Origin: an uncultured Planctomycetia bacterium
GTDB lineage: Bacteria; Omnitrophota; Gorgyraeia; Gorgyraeales; Gorgyraeaceae
Direction of reading: 5' to 3'
NCBI GenBank assembly: GCA_964566255.1
Contig: CAZMID010000001.1
Span: forward strand, 10,799-74,798
DNA length: 64,000 bases
In this document: positions 19,101 through 24,411 of the stretch, one piece after another
Layout: every line of letters begins with the position of its first letter
Numbering within the stretch: position 1 is the stretch's first letter
The notes under the pieces: generated by a model
What the model was told of the DNA's origin: nothing
Seen by the model: the letters and a program-made list of their open reading frames with translations, nothing else
The model's database searches: none
Translations under genes and position numbers: made by a program

Positions 19101-19283
19101 CTTTTTCTTATTGAGGCGATCTTCTCGCTGGGTACTAAGCTTTTTATAATCTACTTTTTTGTCCTTGAAGAGAGAGCGACGACTTGGAGCTCCATAAGCA
19201 GTATTAGTGCATATAAAAGCTATAAGAACTATTACAGAAATAATCTTTTTAGCTGTCTTACAATTCATATATCTTCCTCTCAT
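4179..19283 (-). CDS. Giant multidomain exported or membrane-anchored protein (5034 aa): signal peptide, TIKI/ChaN-like domain, PGI, ROK kinase, NTP-transferase plus beta-helix, HExxH domain, YvcK/CofD, ROK, HExxH domain, NagB, helical C-terminus
   Basis: Uninterrupted 15.1 kb ORF; motifs given in the sub-features. True start may be ATG 19268, which follows an AGAGGA SD-like sequence. Confidence 0.92.
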   Translation of the reverse strand: MRGRYMNCKTAKKIISVIVLIAFICTNTAYGAPSRRSLFKDKKVDYKKLSTQREDRLNKKKSIFEGEDTKKAEKHRKEAKVVLSSHLKDLSQIHIPSELGRVTEVYESPSKDSRLIVHIQDLHTNPEAELNLASILEILLKDYNMGLVCSEGADGEVDTSSVSSFPDYEIREKTARLFINSGELTGEEYLSITKYPDLPIWGIEDRDIYFKNIIEFNRIMKFSPKSQVFISQAQKALDQLKSKIYSKELLNLDQKEVDYENEKIETDAFLKHLTSYVRKFDISTDKYRNISLLTEATEQEQKINQVKVMQESQNLLLNLQAKLSGRKLRKDKDALMVKAKLFREQKISPFSFYSYLKDLALKHIPDKISKYPNLNDFLSYLTKVNSLDSTKLFTEMEDLTYEVKMRLAKTDEQKTFIKALRNIKFLEGFFNLKVSNEELDYYLANRESHKVGFFKSFLKPALKKHDISAFIDYNPNLIDFHLQGLEDFYKTVRQRDVAMVRNSVSEIEKRDAKVASLVAGGFHTKGITKLLREKGYSYVVVSPYSSTDIDEENYHFLLSGKRKPIEELLKGLNDTLRCPIIATFVKPDFVDDFNNKVVPNIEGGKELKTQRILMAVVSVGVAVLRDKGIESKKLAAKLQKMFTPQFRETLTGDINVMVQPESIIIVHTQTKETIVTDIGDFIGVASGEKIDPTLSGPAMKKALMDLSYEPSPAAEATFTIAKAKKSDVLASNHTLDTGIMEDTRLDDILLQLGQEDIRGQMHAVYGTSFEEAEDLVSSKMLKAIFDASNPEEPPKNRAGWTVKNLKWLLKNPEKIQSVLDDAEEIRSKFKYIIFCGMGGSGLSVQVVKITFGEPGGYKIFSFRTTTPEEIKYMFDVIAEDAGSLEKALLETLVIPISKSGTTRETVDQKGYFEELFDLFKKFNIEPEDHMWVITDKGSPMDEHGYEQREIQLNGEGDIGGRFTSPQTLVFLLVLAISAPEKVEKILEVALKMNDIKDINEDTFIILGAYLYYMAAELGKDKLTLMVPKELQNLPVWAEQLIEESLGKEGKGISLFYDEDLSIASLKDVEDSDRVFLRINVGDKKTNDEFWSHLKKNRYPVFEIDVDDIDSLGGIMLGFQRSVITVAYLWDICAVDQEGVQDYKKILTKIMDDLGSDQKVEIPEDWKSVSFGKLNLYYDRLIAAGILTQDDLETGVRKLGSDMNDAPAVYAAAIIKILESKPDFEAKEFGFYGRMTEDMEGILQAAKTEIFTNGLKIASKISPAPDKLHSTEQNKQYGKDMWVDTLFMPDVMEQPDALEFSDNLIRAQLIAAIGATVDRGRKTMLITFDSTVKDAEQDVERFFGKVEHYLTRKESDVLASNEGISFAPITERERQYEELSAENSVEIGLTSKGAVYHRRSIAIPAITRMDDTQLDELADYLCLEIASTLSRIGAEGIKIKAPKELYQRIERLFTKGLYSRIPSYFSCIYETKFKIESADKIDSEDIELSQQESAPAQDYHRGMIVGMDVGASDVKVASFIEGRCIFAKEINWESYKFKNSDEHLSYFVTMVRLAKAAIEVEKTSSRSKRELKGKLKELAHNANTPLEEIESFIEGVYTAGISEVKLDGIGLSTAGAVVNGRITQEGTRAYRGIGSEEFWTKVAPMGRRISESLGGVPVGVLNDGDAAALSLAGTLGLNNVLALSLGTGLAAGYVDNKGQLNDYLGEMGKCSIDLSSEAGYHEGLRIRGALQQYTSQRGVLHLARKVWPDFDKGFEEIVARRFAAKEKINLDNKDDIVSHVKASLTGSKLEEFKKAIGNRPKLKYVQSKLELPKTNPERQEAEKIFKTIGSYLAVAVATSLKDLKIEHVVLFGACTSGMAGRLITESARKYLTKEIGDRETVNILLASEDDYVRQVGKGISKEFNSEFAARFGQTVGAAYMGLQVADGLYSTQGAPLSEEEIARRFSDSPEYGIHIQRARLEKGLADSRVYHDAIILLLKSDGLEQIKQSLEGARGKVIPQNSVILVVNKDTDDSVIQDAMRKRREEGTVPVIIYVQDDDIDGNLSAFLRGLDKLYKGGVNFDKERVVTVLTGGDGKRTYPLTASDGYGNKGFMSSINGEPNIFQAIRQSMQLLGENDTGIISMPTDRIFSITEPVKGLGEHGVQLLGGGVELGHPEFDYFGKIEVDSNGRFVAMYKRKSPQEIDYLKRYSDTVYHPVNNLTVYHLDQEAIERFVDPKGIPNGPDINLKAQDLNQDVGKRAGELAAAGVDFGFVYTGKETYITDLGTNQRYYLGCTNLLSDDILRQVTGYSFMQPSSIIDNKAVLGKDVVVEKGAVILGNTRINKGIVRKGAVIVNSVVDEIDAHSGSLAVALYRPDDKVIARADKVITDIPVDTQGTKRNIEVEVDIEVDPKKTWDVKQFEGFSYKDLKESLDYEEVERRHTASGLLKTFASDGNIIFYSALEGSFKEEYELTLDLSRPEPQRFKAADDYMQASILAELSNASFGIIESIIEDDPGLKEYFASVLSKPDNNDPAIRVKVSSMLPLTAVRYFNASTGEVELIFSQSYIDTLLKDYESHFEAVVTILAERYFHELGHDNELDLVEKERAEERKLIHRDIEFHKLVSEQIIGTKTTQEVISDYFETQRPAFKSGCYFRFLGTLLKCTPQRRNFVIEKYLNNYFLHSELKGYAEIRRPISIREIETSDNYKTLLDIYKLRYSNKSKAQVKEILDGEILKEAFSTGDTVARVILGVLDNRVLSHKEKEAIEIRKEIPPQVLVIGGGGGMKEVTLRACQLLGLNIKVGSPSTDDGGSTGKIIESIRPIFGSVSTEGDGPGVLADVMRKSTFADLLDYRPDKESDSLEEVLLEKIKLLLAEDKNRPLEEQFFNTPGVISFLSDQLNIARIIDNEFLSPKNKNLYTTFTLKGNSIRNLNNLAVYFKLRAYRRCGDKGVNGVDEEKATLANDILAMVWGLDIEKVGIPQIFYPTYNEAILWADYPEVTKEEEKRLVEIFGKDAVEEFIVRERKDALPARVYGQRFIDVLRHDSKIADVDVSVSKDNFKLLPRPSNQYIESIKDPRIGTIIVGAGSLFSSLVCQLAIDGVIEALINRKDAKKILLLNHVNMDEMNNYSVEDCVRMIERIAKKRLGRVVLFSEIFSDIVVNRTSAKEIDTWIQTKQKKREANEFGDPINEKGDIITTGKGKEGYVNTESPLIYVDGSPLYDNNIDYFSKKHNPLFIDNATGALFRWKVTKEGKSIYSTSPNVEYTHSSNDDNGKPKYLNRKKQVIGRKEVSLLRHVLVRVSDGKEFYFSLEGQDGGSLYVDKKGKEEINIEDMLYMNKYVYFLFRHENFRGMNEAPVTKEERAYLSSFIQPPELYSSRSEAGRQRGALYITKKDISYLNRRGMPLHNIHQEPLVSWQEKRLKAEGLAQYEKFAGYSPYKFADFLLKKGVVKEGVLLRIFDNNVKEARHFLKRLEKNGSRTTDKKQLANLFLDVLVEKDKALRDSLEEIDGDKSRIKSPASTLFSDIWREEHEKLFSITKWDDIFSMIAILDPGNTNKTTLLFLEQDRLKRDLNISIPKLMSKEELAIVSRYIATLINNGAVTLGSDTVAVDAEDSVFEAVKDSFDEYFDKGQEAETVSSYLSQYYGVDFEITKYTQRLAEIGIQAKKESPAKGVYYRFNRYEDVTLGLSLSKTHGYIVILENGEPLYKEQFTLDRKNFEDSNFIDYLVYSLINESINNAGRALRDIDAIGIAWPGAVRDNKMAISASILFDMKVLEFDRWDQQYNMIKNLADEISERFYSLTNKRIPVSLKNDGNVTAFGSTLLFTDLEGEKVLVLSPSDSLIGGFMDENLKPSIYLTELAKRVVDMSPFAREHDYRKIKGLDRYYASFRGIKELYPQESKSLEGIELVRKIEARLKEKNSDSEDAIEQLGKYLALSIVELYKYFDMKYTVLTGALARGRIGEMLFNKAQSLLSENFPEVPVEIRIDRRDPTYQGARSAAEFATYRSQIEKRKLKAFARRHGDLLLDSYFDIKDTFINDMECGLDLSRSKGQRFSPIGENALNLTSLLNDALDNLEGLVEGDADLKEYLQDLFLSPDNRAPPIKVMVSESLRLNSIRYYNFDTGDVEIIFSAGFIKDLLLAYPTYPQAVKTILSERLFHELGHANVNSTVEGNHLEENSLVEMDRALNQLVKRTGLQLKIDEYLTREKPQNYRSGYYFREILQQVDMPDTSKEETTVLASNMSLTTGFNMKSLVELVSSSQAFEWGDALGDISKVQKLDITETKDDAELRAAQEIANLIKEKNARGKKTFLGLATGGTQEGVYKKLIEITRKEKIDWSNVVIFALDEYVWSAYGYSREYREQYYNKESYRHFLYDHILTSMIRDAGLKDSNIHLMDGLANVPELEAEIYEDLIMKSTNEEGLDLQLLGIGEEGHIAFIEAMLDISLEDFLKLKTQVVELISSTINANSRYFDGNKRAVPPYAMSQGISTILKAKKILLVATGPKKRYAIKASVAGKITPEVPASVLQDQDRVTFIVDKDAARDLIELAKDQVRHKAMITSAGMSISPDGASSISGSVSTSRDILASNETIFDFNRKLYSAVMLKSGPNVFEDGLADPHSSMRDGSIKNLRDVLQSLTKTQEIIKLTADLGYHLGKYDDSTLDPIKSRLGKIMSRGERKEGIISDLLKLAKDEDRYMPLRTTAIVCLGGILAEKQLLELWKEAKDKHILALSEGPVDDSDPNVSIMVAIITALGELSKTEAVYSIIREASVGDDHKSHRIATTAQLSNKKINGITPRIFEGVESKVEITPKLEEKHIEQARADIQDPDLDVRNEAFAILEESGKLTYNYILTKLFLDLQQEENEGEQRSIASSIFRALDTIPITEERKNKLLVADMNISRIPMYGPSHTILEETMDTVLDMIREGKKGPDNLEKSKRPLNQIITFSAERVIELGHVGFIRLISDRYASSEYAIEIIAMNADEYKKVINLEGYVDMIKVVNGRGINELKLKRIQVLNLSSEDKSNLDGLLEDFANGMELNMVSDRLNKEIADELASGV
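5589..5600 (-). repeat. LASN boundary motif copy 4 (TTAGCAAGTAAT; aa 4562-4565)
   Basis: RDILASNE, between the NagB module and the C-terminal region. Confidence 0.85.
5725..6500 (-). other. Glucosamine-6-phosphate deaminase (NagB-like) domain of the giant protein
   Basis: LGLATGGT, ALDEY, SYRHFL, LDLQLLGIGEEGHIAFIE, TINANSRYF, ILKAKKILLVATG, PASVLQ. Boundaries approximate. Confidence 0.9.
6627..6638 (-). repeat. LASN boundary motif copy 3 (aa 4216-4219)
   Basis: TTVLASNM, between the second HExxH domain and the NagB module. Confidence 0.85.
6693..7230 (-). repeat. Duplicated HExxH (zincin-like) domain, copy 2
   Basis: LDLSR...LKEYL...PDN...RYYNFDTGDVEIIFS...ILSERLFHELGH...EE...SGYYFR; aligns by eye with copy 1. 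Confidence 0.8.
7330..8300 (-). other. Second ROK-family sugar kinase-like domain (degenerate)
   Basis: IDAIGIAWPGAV, LKNDGNVTA, LGKYLALSI, VLTGAL. Boundaries approximate. Confidence 0.72.
9030..11030 (-). other. YvcK/GlmR/CofD (UPF0052)-like domain with a large insertion
   Basis: VLVIGGGGG, STDDGGSTG, GNSIRNL, IIVGAGSLFSSL..LAIDGVIEAL, DIVVN. Boundaries approximate. Confidence 0.78.
11382..11940 (-). repeat. Duplicated HExxH (zincin-like) domain, copy 1
   Basis: LDLSR...LKEYF...PDN...RYFNASTGEVELIFS...ILAERYFHELGH...EE...SGCYFR. Confidence 0.8.
12050..13300 (-). other. Sugar-1-phosphate nucleotidyltransferase-like domain plus left-handed beta-helix
   Basis: VLTGGDGKRTYPLT...NKG, DLGT, hexapeptide run IIDNKAVLGKDVVVEKGAVILGNTRI. 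Boundaries approximate. Confidence 0.75.
13520..15200 (-). other. First ROK-family sugar kinase domain with N-terminal extension
   Basis: VGMDVGASDVKV, GIGLSTAGAV, VLNDGDAAAL, LSLGTGLAAGY, EMG, LQQYTSQRGV. Boundaries approximate. Confidence 0.85.
15204..15215 (-). repeat. LASN boundary motif copy 2 (aa 1357-1360)
   Basis: KESDVLASNE, between the PGI and ROK modules. Confidence 0.85.
15240..16900 (-). other. Glucose-6-phosphate isomerase (SIS) domain, similar to the Pgi half of Tal-Pgi fusions
   Basis: NRAGW, GMGGSGL, ISKSGTTRET, ITDKGS, DIGGRF, WAEQLIEESLGKEGKG, DQEGVQDYK, LHSTEQ. Boundaries approximate. Confidence 0.87.
17088..17099 (-). repeat. LASN boundary motif copy 1 (aa 729-732)
   Basis: KKSDVLASNH, between the N-terminal region and the PGI module. 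Confidence 0.85.
17620..18960 (-). other. N-terminal TIKI/TraB/EreA/ChaN-superfamily-like domain
   Basis: Ordered motifs IVHIQDLH (H123), VCSEG (E151), IWGIE, RQRDVAM (R495-D496), LVAGGFH (H523), LREKGYSY. Confidence 0.6.
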
Positions 19284-19357
19284 TTTTTAGCCTAATTTTA
19301 TATAATCTATTTAAAAACAGTTAAAAAAGCTTATATACAATACATCTATCTACTATA

Positions 19358-19386
19358 AGTATATCACGTAAACGTTTCCTCGTCAA
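19358..19386 (-). promoter_or_regulatory. Strong sigma70-type promoter of the giant gene
   Basis: TTGACG-N17-TATACT with extended -10 (TGa-TATACT). Confidence 0.75.
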
Positions 19387-19419
19387 GGTGAAATAAAAAA
19401 TAATTTAACCTGTGATTTT

Positions 19420-21123
19420 CTATAAAAAGGTGGGAATTTTCTCACTTATATACTGTTTTTCTAATTCTATAATCTTTCCTGTCTTACGGATCTTTATCTC
19501 TAATTTTCCCTTTTTTAAACCTTTTTCTCCTATAACTATTATAATGGGTATGCCTATTAATTCAGCATCATTAAACTTAACACCTGCTGTCTCATTTCTA
19601 TCGTCTATTAAAACTTCTATCCCCTTATATATCAAGGAGTTATAAACTTCATCCGCTACCCTACAAACATCCTTATTTTCATAGTTTATAGGTATTACAA
19701 TTACCTGAAAAGGTGCCATAGTCTGTGGCCAGATTATACCCTTTTTATCATTATGCATCTCTATGGAAGCTGCTATAATCCTATTAACACCTATACCATA
19801 ACAACCCATCACTAGTGGCTTCAACTTCCCATCTTCATCTGAAAATTCCGCCTTCATTGCTTTTGAATATTTAAGGCCTAATTTAAATACATGTCCCATT
19901 TCTATGGCATGCTCTATCTTCAATGATTTCTTACACTTAGGACAAATATCTCTATCAGTGATCATCCTTAAATCAGCCCAATCCTTAACTTTAAAATCCC
20001 TATCAAAATTTACATTTATAAAATGTTTATCTTTTTTATTGCTTCCTGTTACAAAATTACCGAGATCTCTTATGGAATTATCTGCTATAATCCTTATTCC
20101 CTTAAGTCCTACTGGTCCTGAAAAACCCAATGGGCCTCCTGTTACCTTTTTAATAATATCTTCGGATGCCATTTCTAAATGACTACATCCTAAATACTTC
20201 TTAATCTTTACCTCATTTGCCTCGTGGTCTCCTCTTATTAGAATTGTTACTTCTTTTTCATCTGCCAAATATATAAGGGTCTTTACCATCTCAATTGGCT
20301 TTGCCTTTAAAAGAGATGATACCTTTTCAATGGTTGTTACACATGGAGTATCTACTTCTTTTAATGGTTTTGGTTTAAGTTTTACCTTCTTTCCCTTTCC
20401 TCTATCAATACATTCTGCAACAGTTATACTCGCAGCATACCCGCAAGATAAACAATGTGCTAAAAGATCTTCACCGGCCTCAGCTAATACCATAAATTCA
20501 TGTGATACATCTCCTCCCATAACACCTGTATCAGCCTCTACTGCAATAGCCTTTAAGCCACATCTTTTAAAAATAGCCTCATATGCTTCATACATCTTCT
20601 TGTAACTTTTATCAAGGCCAGATTTATCTCTATCGAAACTATAGGCATCCTTCATTATGAATTCACGGCTTCTTATTACTCCAAATCTCGGCCTCACCTC
20701 ATCTCTAAATTTAGTCTGTATCTGATACAAAGTTATCGGGAGTTCTCTATATGAACGAATATGATTTCTTACAAGATCCGTTATAACTTCTTCGTGGGTT
20801 GGTCCAAATACCATAGTGCGATTATGTCTATCTTTAAACTTAATAAGATCCTCTCCTAAATCTTTATATCTTCCTGATTCATGCCATAGTTCTACTGGCT
20901 GAAGGGACGGCAAAAATAATTCAATAGCGCATGCTTTATCCATCTCTTCGCGGATAATATTTTCTACTTTTTTAAGGACTTTTAGGCCCAGCGGAAGGTA
21001 TGTATAGGCACCTGATGCAAGCTTTCTTATGAGGCCAGAACGAATCATTAACTGGTGACTTACAGCCTCTGCCTCAGCTGGAACCTCTTTTAAAGTGGGT
21101 ATGAAAAATTCTCTCCAACGCAT
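19420..21123 (-). CDS. proS: Prolyl-tRNA synthetase with editing domain
   Basis: GPTHEE, YQIQTKFRDEVRPRFG, REFIMKDAYSF, MGCYGIG. Confidence 0.98.
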   Translation of the reverse strand: MRWREFFIPTLKEVPAEAEAVSHQLMIRSGLIRKLASGAYTYLPLGLKVLKKVENIIREEMDKACAIELFLPSLQPVELWHESGRYKDLGEDLIKFKDRHNRTMVFGPTHEEVITDLVRNHIRSYRELPITLYQIQTKFRDEVRPRFGVIRSREFIMKDAYSFDRDKSGLDKSYKKMYEAYEAIFKRCGLKAIAVEADTGVMGGDVSHEFMVLAEAGEDLLAHCLSCGYAASITVAECIDRGKGKKVKLKPKPLKEVDTPCVTTIEKVSSLLKAKPIEMVKTLIYLADEKEVTILIRGDHEANEVKIKKYLGCSHLEMASEDIIKKVTGGPLGFSGPVGLKGIRIIADNSIRDLGNFVTGSNKKDKHFINVNFDRDFKVKDWADLRMITDRDICPKCKKSLKIEHAIEMGHVFKLGLKYSKAMKAEFSDEDGKLKPLVMGCYGIGVNRIIAASIEMHNDKKGIIWPQTMAPFQVIVIPINYENKDVCRVADEVYNSLIYKGIEVLIDDRNETAGVKFNDAELIGIPIIIVIGEKGLKKGKLEIKIRKTGKIIELEKQYISEKIPTFL

Positions 21124-21126
21124 ATT

Positions 21127-22182
21127 TTAGATTCTTCGGATATCCTTTAATAATTCCTTAACAATATCCTTTTCTCTTACTATCCTCACAGATTTCCCTT
21201 TTTTAAAAATTATGCCTTTATTTTTTCCGCAGGCAATGCCTATATCAGCTTGTTTTGCCTCCCCTGGACCATTTACCTCGCATCCCATAATAGCTATATC
21301 AGGAAAAGAATTTTTTCTAGTTTCTAACCTAGAACCTACGAGAGACTTTTCTACGTCTCTTACTATCTTTTGTAAGTCTACCTGACATCGACCACAAGTC
21401 GGACACGATATTATATCTGGCTCAAATCGTCTTAGATTAAGTGCCTGTAAAATATTTTTAGATGCTATTACTTCTTCTAAAGAATCCCCCGTCAATGAAA
21501 CCCTGATCGTATCTCCAATACCTTCTAAAAGTAATGCCCCTATCCCTATAGAAGATTTAATAATCCCCTTTGAAATAGGTCCGCTTGCTGTAATACCCAA
21601 GTGAAGCGGATAATTTGATCTTTTTGAAAATTTTCTATATGCCTCGATGGTCGTCAATACACTAGATGTCTTTAATGAGACTATTATATCGTAAAAACGC
21701 TGTTTTTCCAAGATTTTTATATAGTCCAAAGCTGAAGTTACCATGGAATCTACAATGTTCTTCCTTTTATGTTTTACTGAACCTGAATTTACTCCCACTC
21801 TAATAGGAATACGTCTTTTTTTAGCTAGTCTTACCACCTCTTTAATATGTTCTTCTTTATATATATTGCCAGGATTAAGTCTTATTTTATCTGCGCCATT
21901 TTTAATTGCAATGAGAGCCATCCTATAATCAAAGTGAATATCTGCAACCAAAGGAATATTTATTGATTTTTTAATCTTTTTTATAGCGGAAGCTCCCTCA
22001 AAATCTTTTACAGCAACCCTTATTAATTCACATCCTACTTTTTCTAAGCTCTTGATCTCTTTTATAGTAGAAGTGATATCCCTGGTATCAGTCTTTGTCA
22101 TAGACTGAATAACAATAGGTGCCTTACCACCAATCTTTAATTTTCCGACTTTAATTTGTTTTCTCATTATTACTTTTGCCAA
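21127..22182 (-). CDS. ispG: (E)-4-hydroxy-3-methylbut-2-enyl-diphosphate synthase
   Basis: IQSMT, PLVADIHF, RLNPGNI, GIGDTIRVSL, SCPTCGR, MGCEVNGPGE. Confidence 0.97.
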   Translation of the reverse strand: MAKVIMRKQIKVGKLKIGGKAPIVIQSMTKTDTRDITSTIKEIKSLEKVGCELIRVAVKDFEGASAIKKIKKSINIPLVADIHFDYRMALIAIKNGADKIRLNPGNIYKEEHIKEVVRLAKKRRIPIRVGVNSGSVKHKRKNIVDSMVTSALDYIKILEKQRFYDIIVSLKTSSVLTTIEAYRKFSKRSNYPLHLGITASGPISKGIIKSSIGIGALLLEGIGDTIRVSLTGDSLEEVIASKNILQALNLRRFEPDIISCPTCGRCQVDLQKIVRDVEKSLVGSRLETRKNSFPDIAIMGCEVNGPGEAKQADIGIACGKNKGIIFKKGKSVRIVREKDIVKELLKDIRRI

Positions 22183-23255
22183 AAGCTAGAGAGTTTTTCA
22201 AATATTCCAAATCTCAAAAAATCATTATAAAAAATAAATAGTGCCAGGAATATCAATAAGAAAAGTCCTACCTGAGTTACAACTTCCTGCACTTTATAAG
22301 AAAGAGGCCTTTTTCTTACTTTTTCTATTGCAATGAACAAAAGATGCCCTCCGTCTAAAACAGGTAGTGGCAAGAGATTAAATATTGCAAGGGATGCACT
22401 TAAGATTCCCATAAATTGAAGCAAATATATAAAACCCAGCTTTGCTGCCTCACCTGTTATATAAAATATACCGACTGGGCCTGTCATAGACTGTTTAAAA
22501 GGAATAGCACCTGTAATAGTAGCCCATAATGCCCTATAGGTAATATAGGTAAGGGTTAATAATTTTTTACCACCCATATAGAGTGACTTTCCAAAGCCAT
22601 ATTTTACATAAATTACCGTATCTTCAGGCATAATGCCTATAAGACCAATCCTTTTCTTTGAGCCAAATATTGTCTTAATCTCTTCTTCTTTTGGTAATAT
22701 CTTTAAATCTTTTAATCTACTATTCCGCTCAATCAAAAGATTTAATTCAGTCTCTTTATTTGTATGAACAATACGAGTAACATCTTCCCAGTAATTAACC
22801 TCTATGTCATTTATCTTTAAGATCTTATCGCCTGGTTTTAGTCCAGCAGTCTCTCCAGGATAATCTTCTAGTACCTTTCCTACAGTTGAAGTCAGTGTTG
22901 GAGAGCCAACAATAAAAACAAATGAAAAAATCAAAAAAGCCAATATATAATTAAGAAATGCCCCTGCAAATATTATCCTGGCTCTATCACTAACAGATCT
23001 TGATAAAAATTCGTCTTTCCCGCCCTTAAGTGATTCCTCAGGTGTATCACCTTTAAGCTTTACATATCCTCCCAAAGGTATAAGAGACAGTCGATAACGC
23101 GTTCCATTTTTTGTAATACCAAATATCTCTGGGCCAAAACCAATAGAAAATTTTTCTACCTTTACGCCTGATTTTTTAGCAACAATAAAATGTCCAAATT
23201 CATGGACTATTACAAGAATACTTAATACAATAATAAAACTAATTGCTGAAAGCAC
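22170..23255 (-). CDS. rseP: RIP metalloprotease RseP
   Basis: HEFGH, FSIGFGP, PLGGYV, PDZ domain, NLLPLPVLDGG. Confidence 0.96.
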   Translation of the reverse strand: MLSAISFIIVLSILVIVHEFGHFIVAKKSGVKVEKFSIGFGPEIFGITKNGTRYRLSLIPLGGYVKLKGDTPEESLKGGKDEFLSRSVSDRARIIFAGAFLNYILAFLIFSFVFIVGSPTLTSTVGKVLEDYPGETAGLKPGDKILKINDIEVNYWEDVTRIVHTNKETELNLLIERNSRLKDLKILPKEEEIKTIFGSKKRIGLIGIMPEDTVIYVKYGFGKSLYMGGKKLLTLTYITYRALWATITGAIPFKQSMTGPVGIFYITGEAAKLGFIYLLQFMGILSASLAIFNLLPLPVLDGGHLLFIAIEKVRKRPLSYKVQEVVTQVGLFLLIFLALFIFYNDFLRFGIFEKLSSFWQK

Positions 23256-24399
23256 TTAGAATCTCCTTTGTTTTTATCCTTGTATATTTATCGGTCTCTA
23301 AGATATCTTTTAAAGAAGGATTTTTTATAGACTTGTGCCTCTTTAAAACCTTATCAATTACTTTAGGAATATCTATAAACTTTATCCTCCTCTTAAGAAA
23401 CTCTCCAACAACTACTTCATTCGATGCATTTAAAACACATGGATATGTCTCGCCCAATCTAATGGCTTCATATGCAAACTTAAGGCATGGAAATTTTTTA
23501 AAATCTGGGGGATAAAAATGAACTGATCTCAATTTAGAAAATGTTATGTTCTTTACAGGAGAAGTATATCTAGATGGATATGTAAGTGCATATTGAATCG
23601 GCATCCTCATATCGCATTTACCCATATGAGCGAGTATAGACCCATCAATAAATTCCACCATTGAATGTACAACCGTCTCAGGATGAATCAATACCTCTAT
23701 ATTATCAACTTCTATTCCAAAAAGATGATGTGCTTCAATTACTTCAAGCCCTTTATTCATCATGGTTGCTGAATCTATTGAGATTTTTCTTCCCATCTTC
23801 CATTTAGGATGATTAATCGCTTTTTTCAAAGTAATCTTTTTAAAATCCTTTTTAGGAGTAGTCCTTAAAGGTCCGCCCGAAGATGTAAGATAAATCTTTT
23901 TTATCTCTGATCCATTATTAGAAATCATACATTGAAATATAGCGCTATGTTCACTATCTACAGGAAGTATCTGAACGTTTTTCTTTTTTGCTTTTTTCAT
24001 AATTATATCCCCCGCCATAACAAGTGCTTCTTTATTTGCAAGGGCAACCCTTTTCACATTATCAAGTGCGGTTAAAATCGGTAAGAGCGCAGAAGAACCT
24101 ACTATGCCTATAATTACACTATCTATCTTGTCCTCCTTTATCATCTCACACAACCCTTCTTTACCCTCGTAGATCTTAATATTCCAGTCTTTGAATCTTT
24201 TCCTAAATTCATTAACCTTTTCTCTATCGACTACTGAAACATTCTTGGGGTTGAATTTTTTTACCTGCTGCGACAATAATTCTATATTCGAATGTGCGGA
24301 AACTGAAGATAGTCTAAATTTATCAGGGAATCTTGAAATGATATCGAGTGCATTTGTTCCTATTGAACCAGTTGAACCTAAGATAGATATTTTTTGCAT
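23239..24399 (-). CDS. dxr: 1-deoxy-D-xylulose-5-phosphate reductoisomerase
   Basis: LGSTGSIG, LANKE, PVDSEH, HPKWKMG, NKGLEVIEA. Confidence 0.98.
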   Translation of the reverse strand: MQKISILGSTGSIGTNALDIISRFPDKFRLSSVSAHSNIELLSQQVKKFNPKNVSVVDREKVNEFRKRFKDWNIKIYEGKEGLCEMIKEDKIDSVIIGIVGSSALLPILTALDNVKRVALANKEALVMAGDIIMKKAKKKNVQILPVDSEHSAIFQCMISNNGSEIKKIYLTSSGGPLRTTPKKDFKKITLKKAINHPKWKMGRKISIDSATMMNKGLEVIEAHHLFGIEVDNIEVLIHPETVVHSMVEFIDGSILAHMGKCDMRMPIQYALTYPSRYTSPVKNITFSKLRSVHFYPPDFKKFPCLKFAYEAIRLGETYPCVLNASNEVVVGEFLKRRIKFIDIPKVIDKVLKRHKSIKNPSLKDILETDKYTRIKTKEILSAFSN

Positions 24400-24411
24400 A
24401 GCGGTAGTTTC

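Noticed and set aside
4179-19283. Giant ORF as NRPS/PKS, RTX/adhesin or intein-containing protein
   Set aside because: No A/C/KS/ACP motifs, no GGxGxD or Ig-like repeats, no Hint-domain termini recognised. A chimeric assembly cannot be excluded without reads but would be unlikely to keep a 15 kb frame with repeated in-frame junction motifs.
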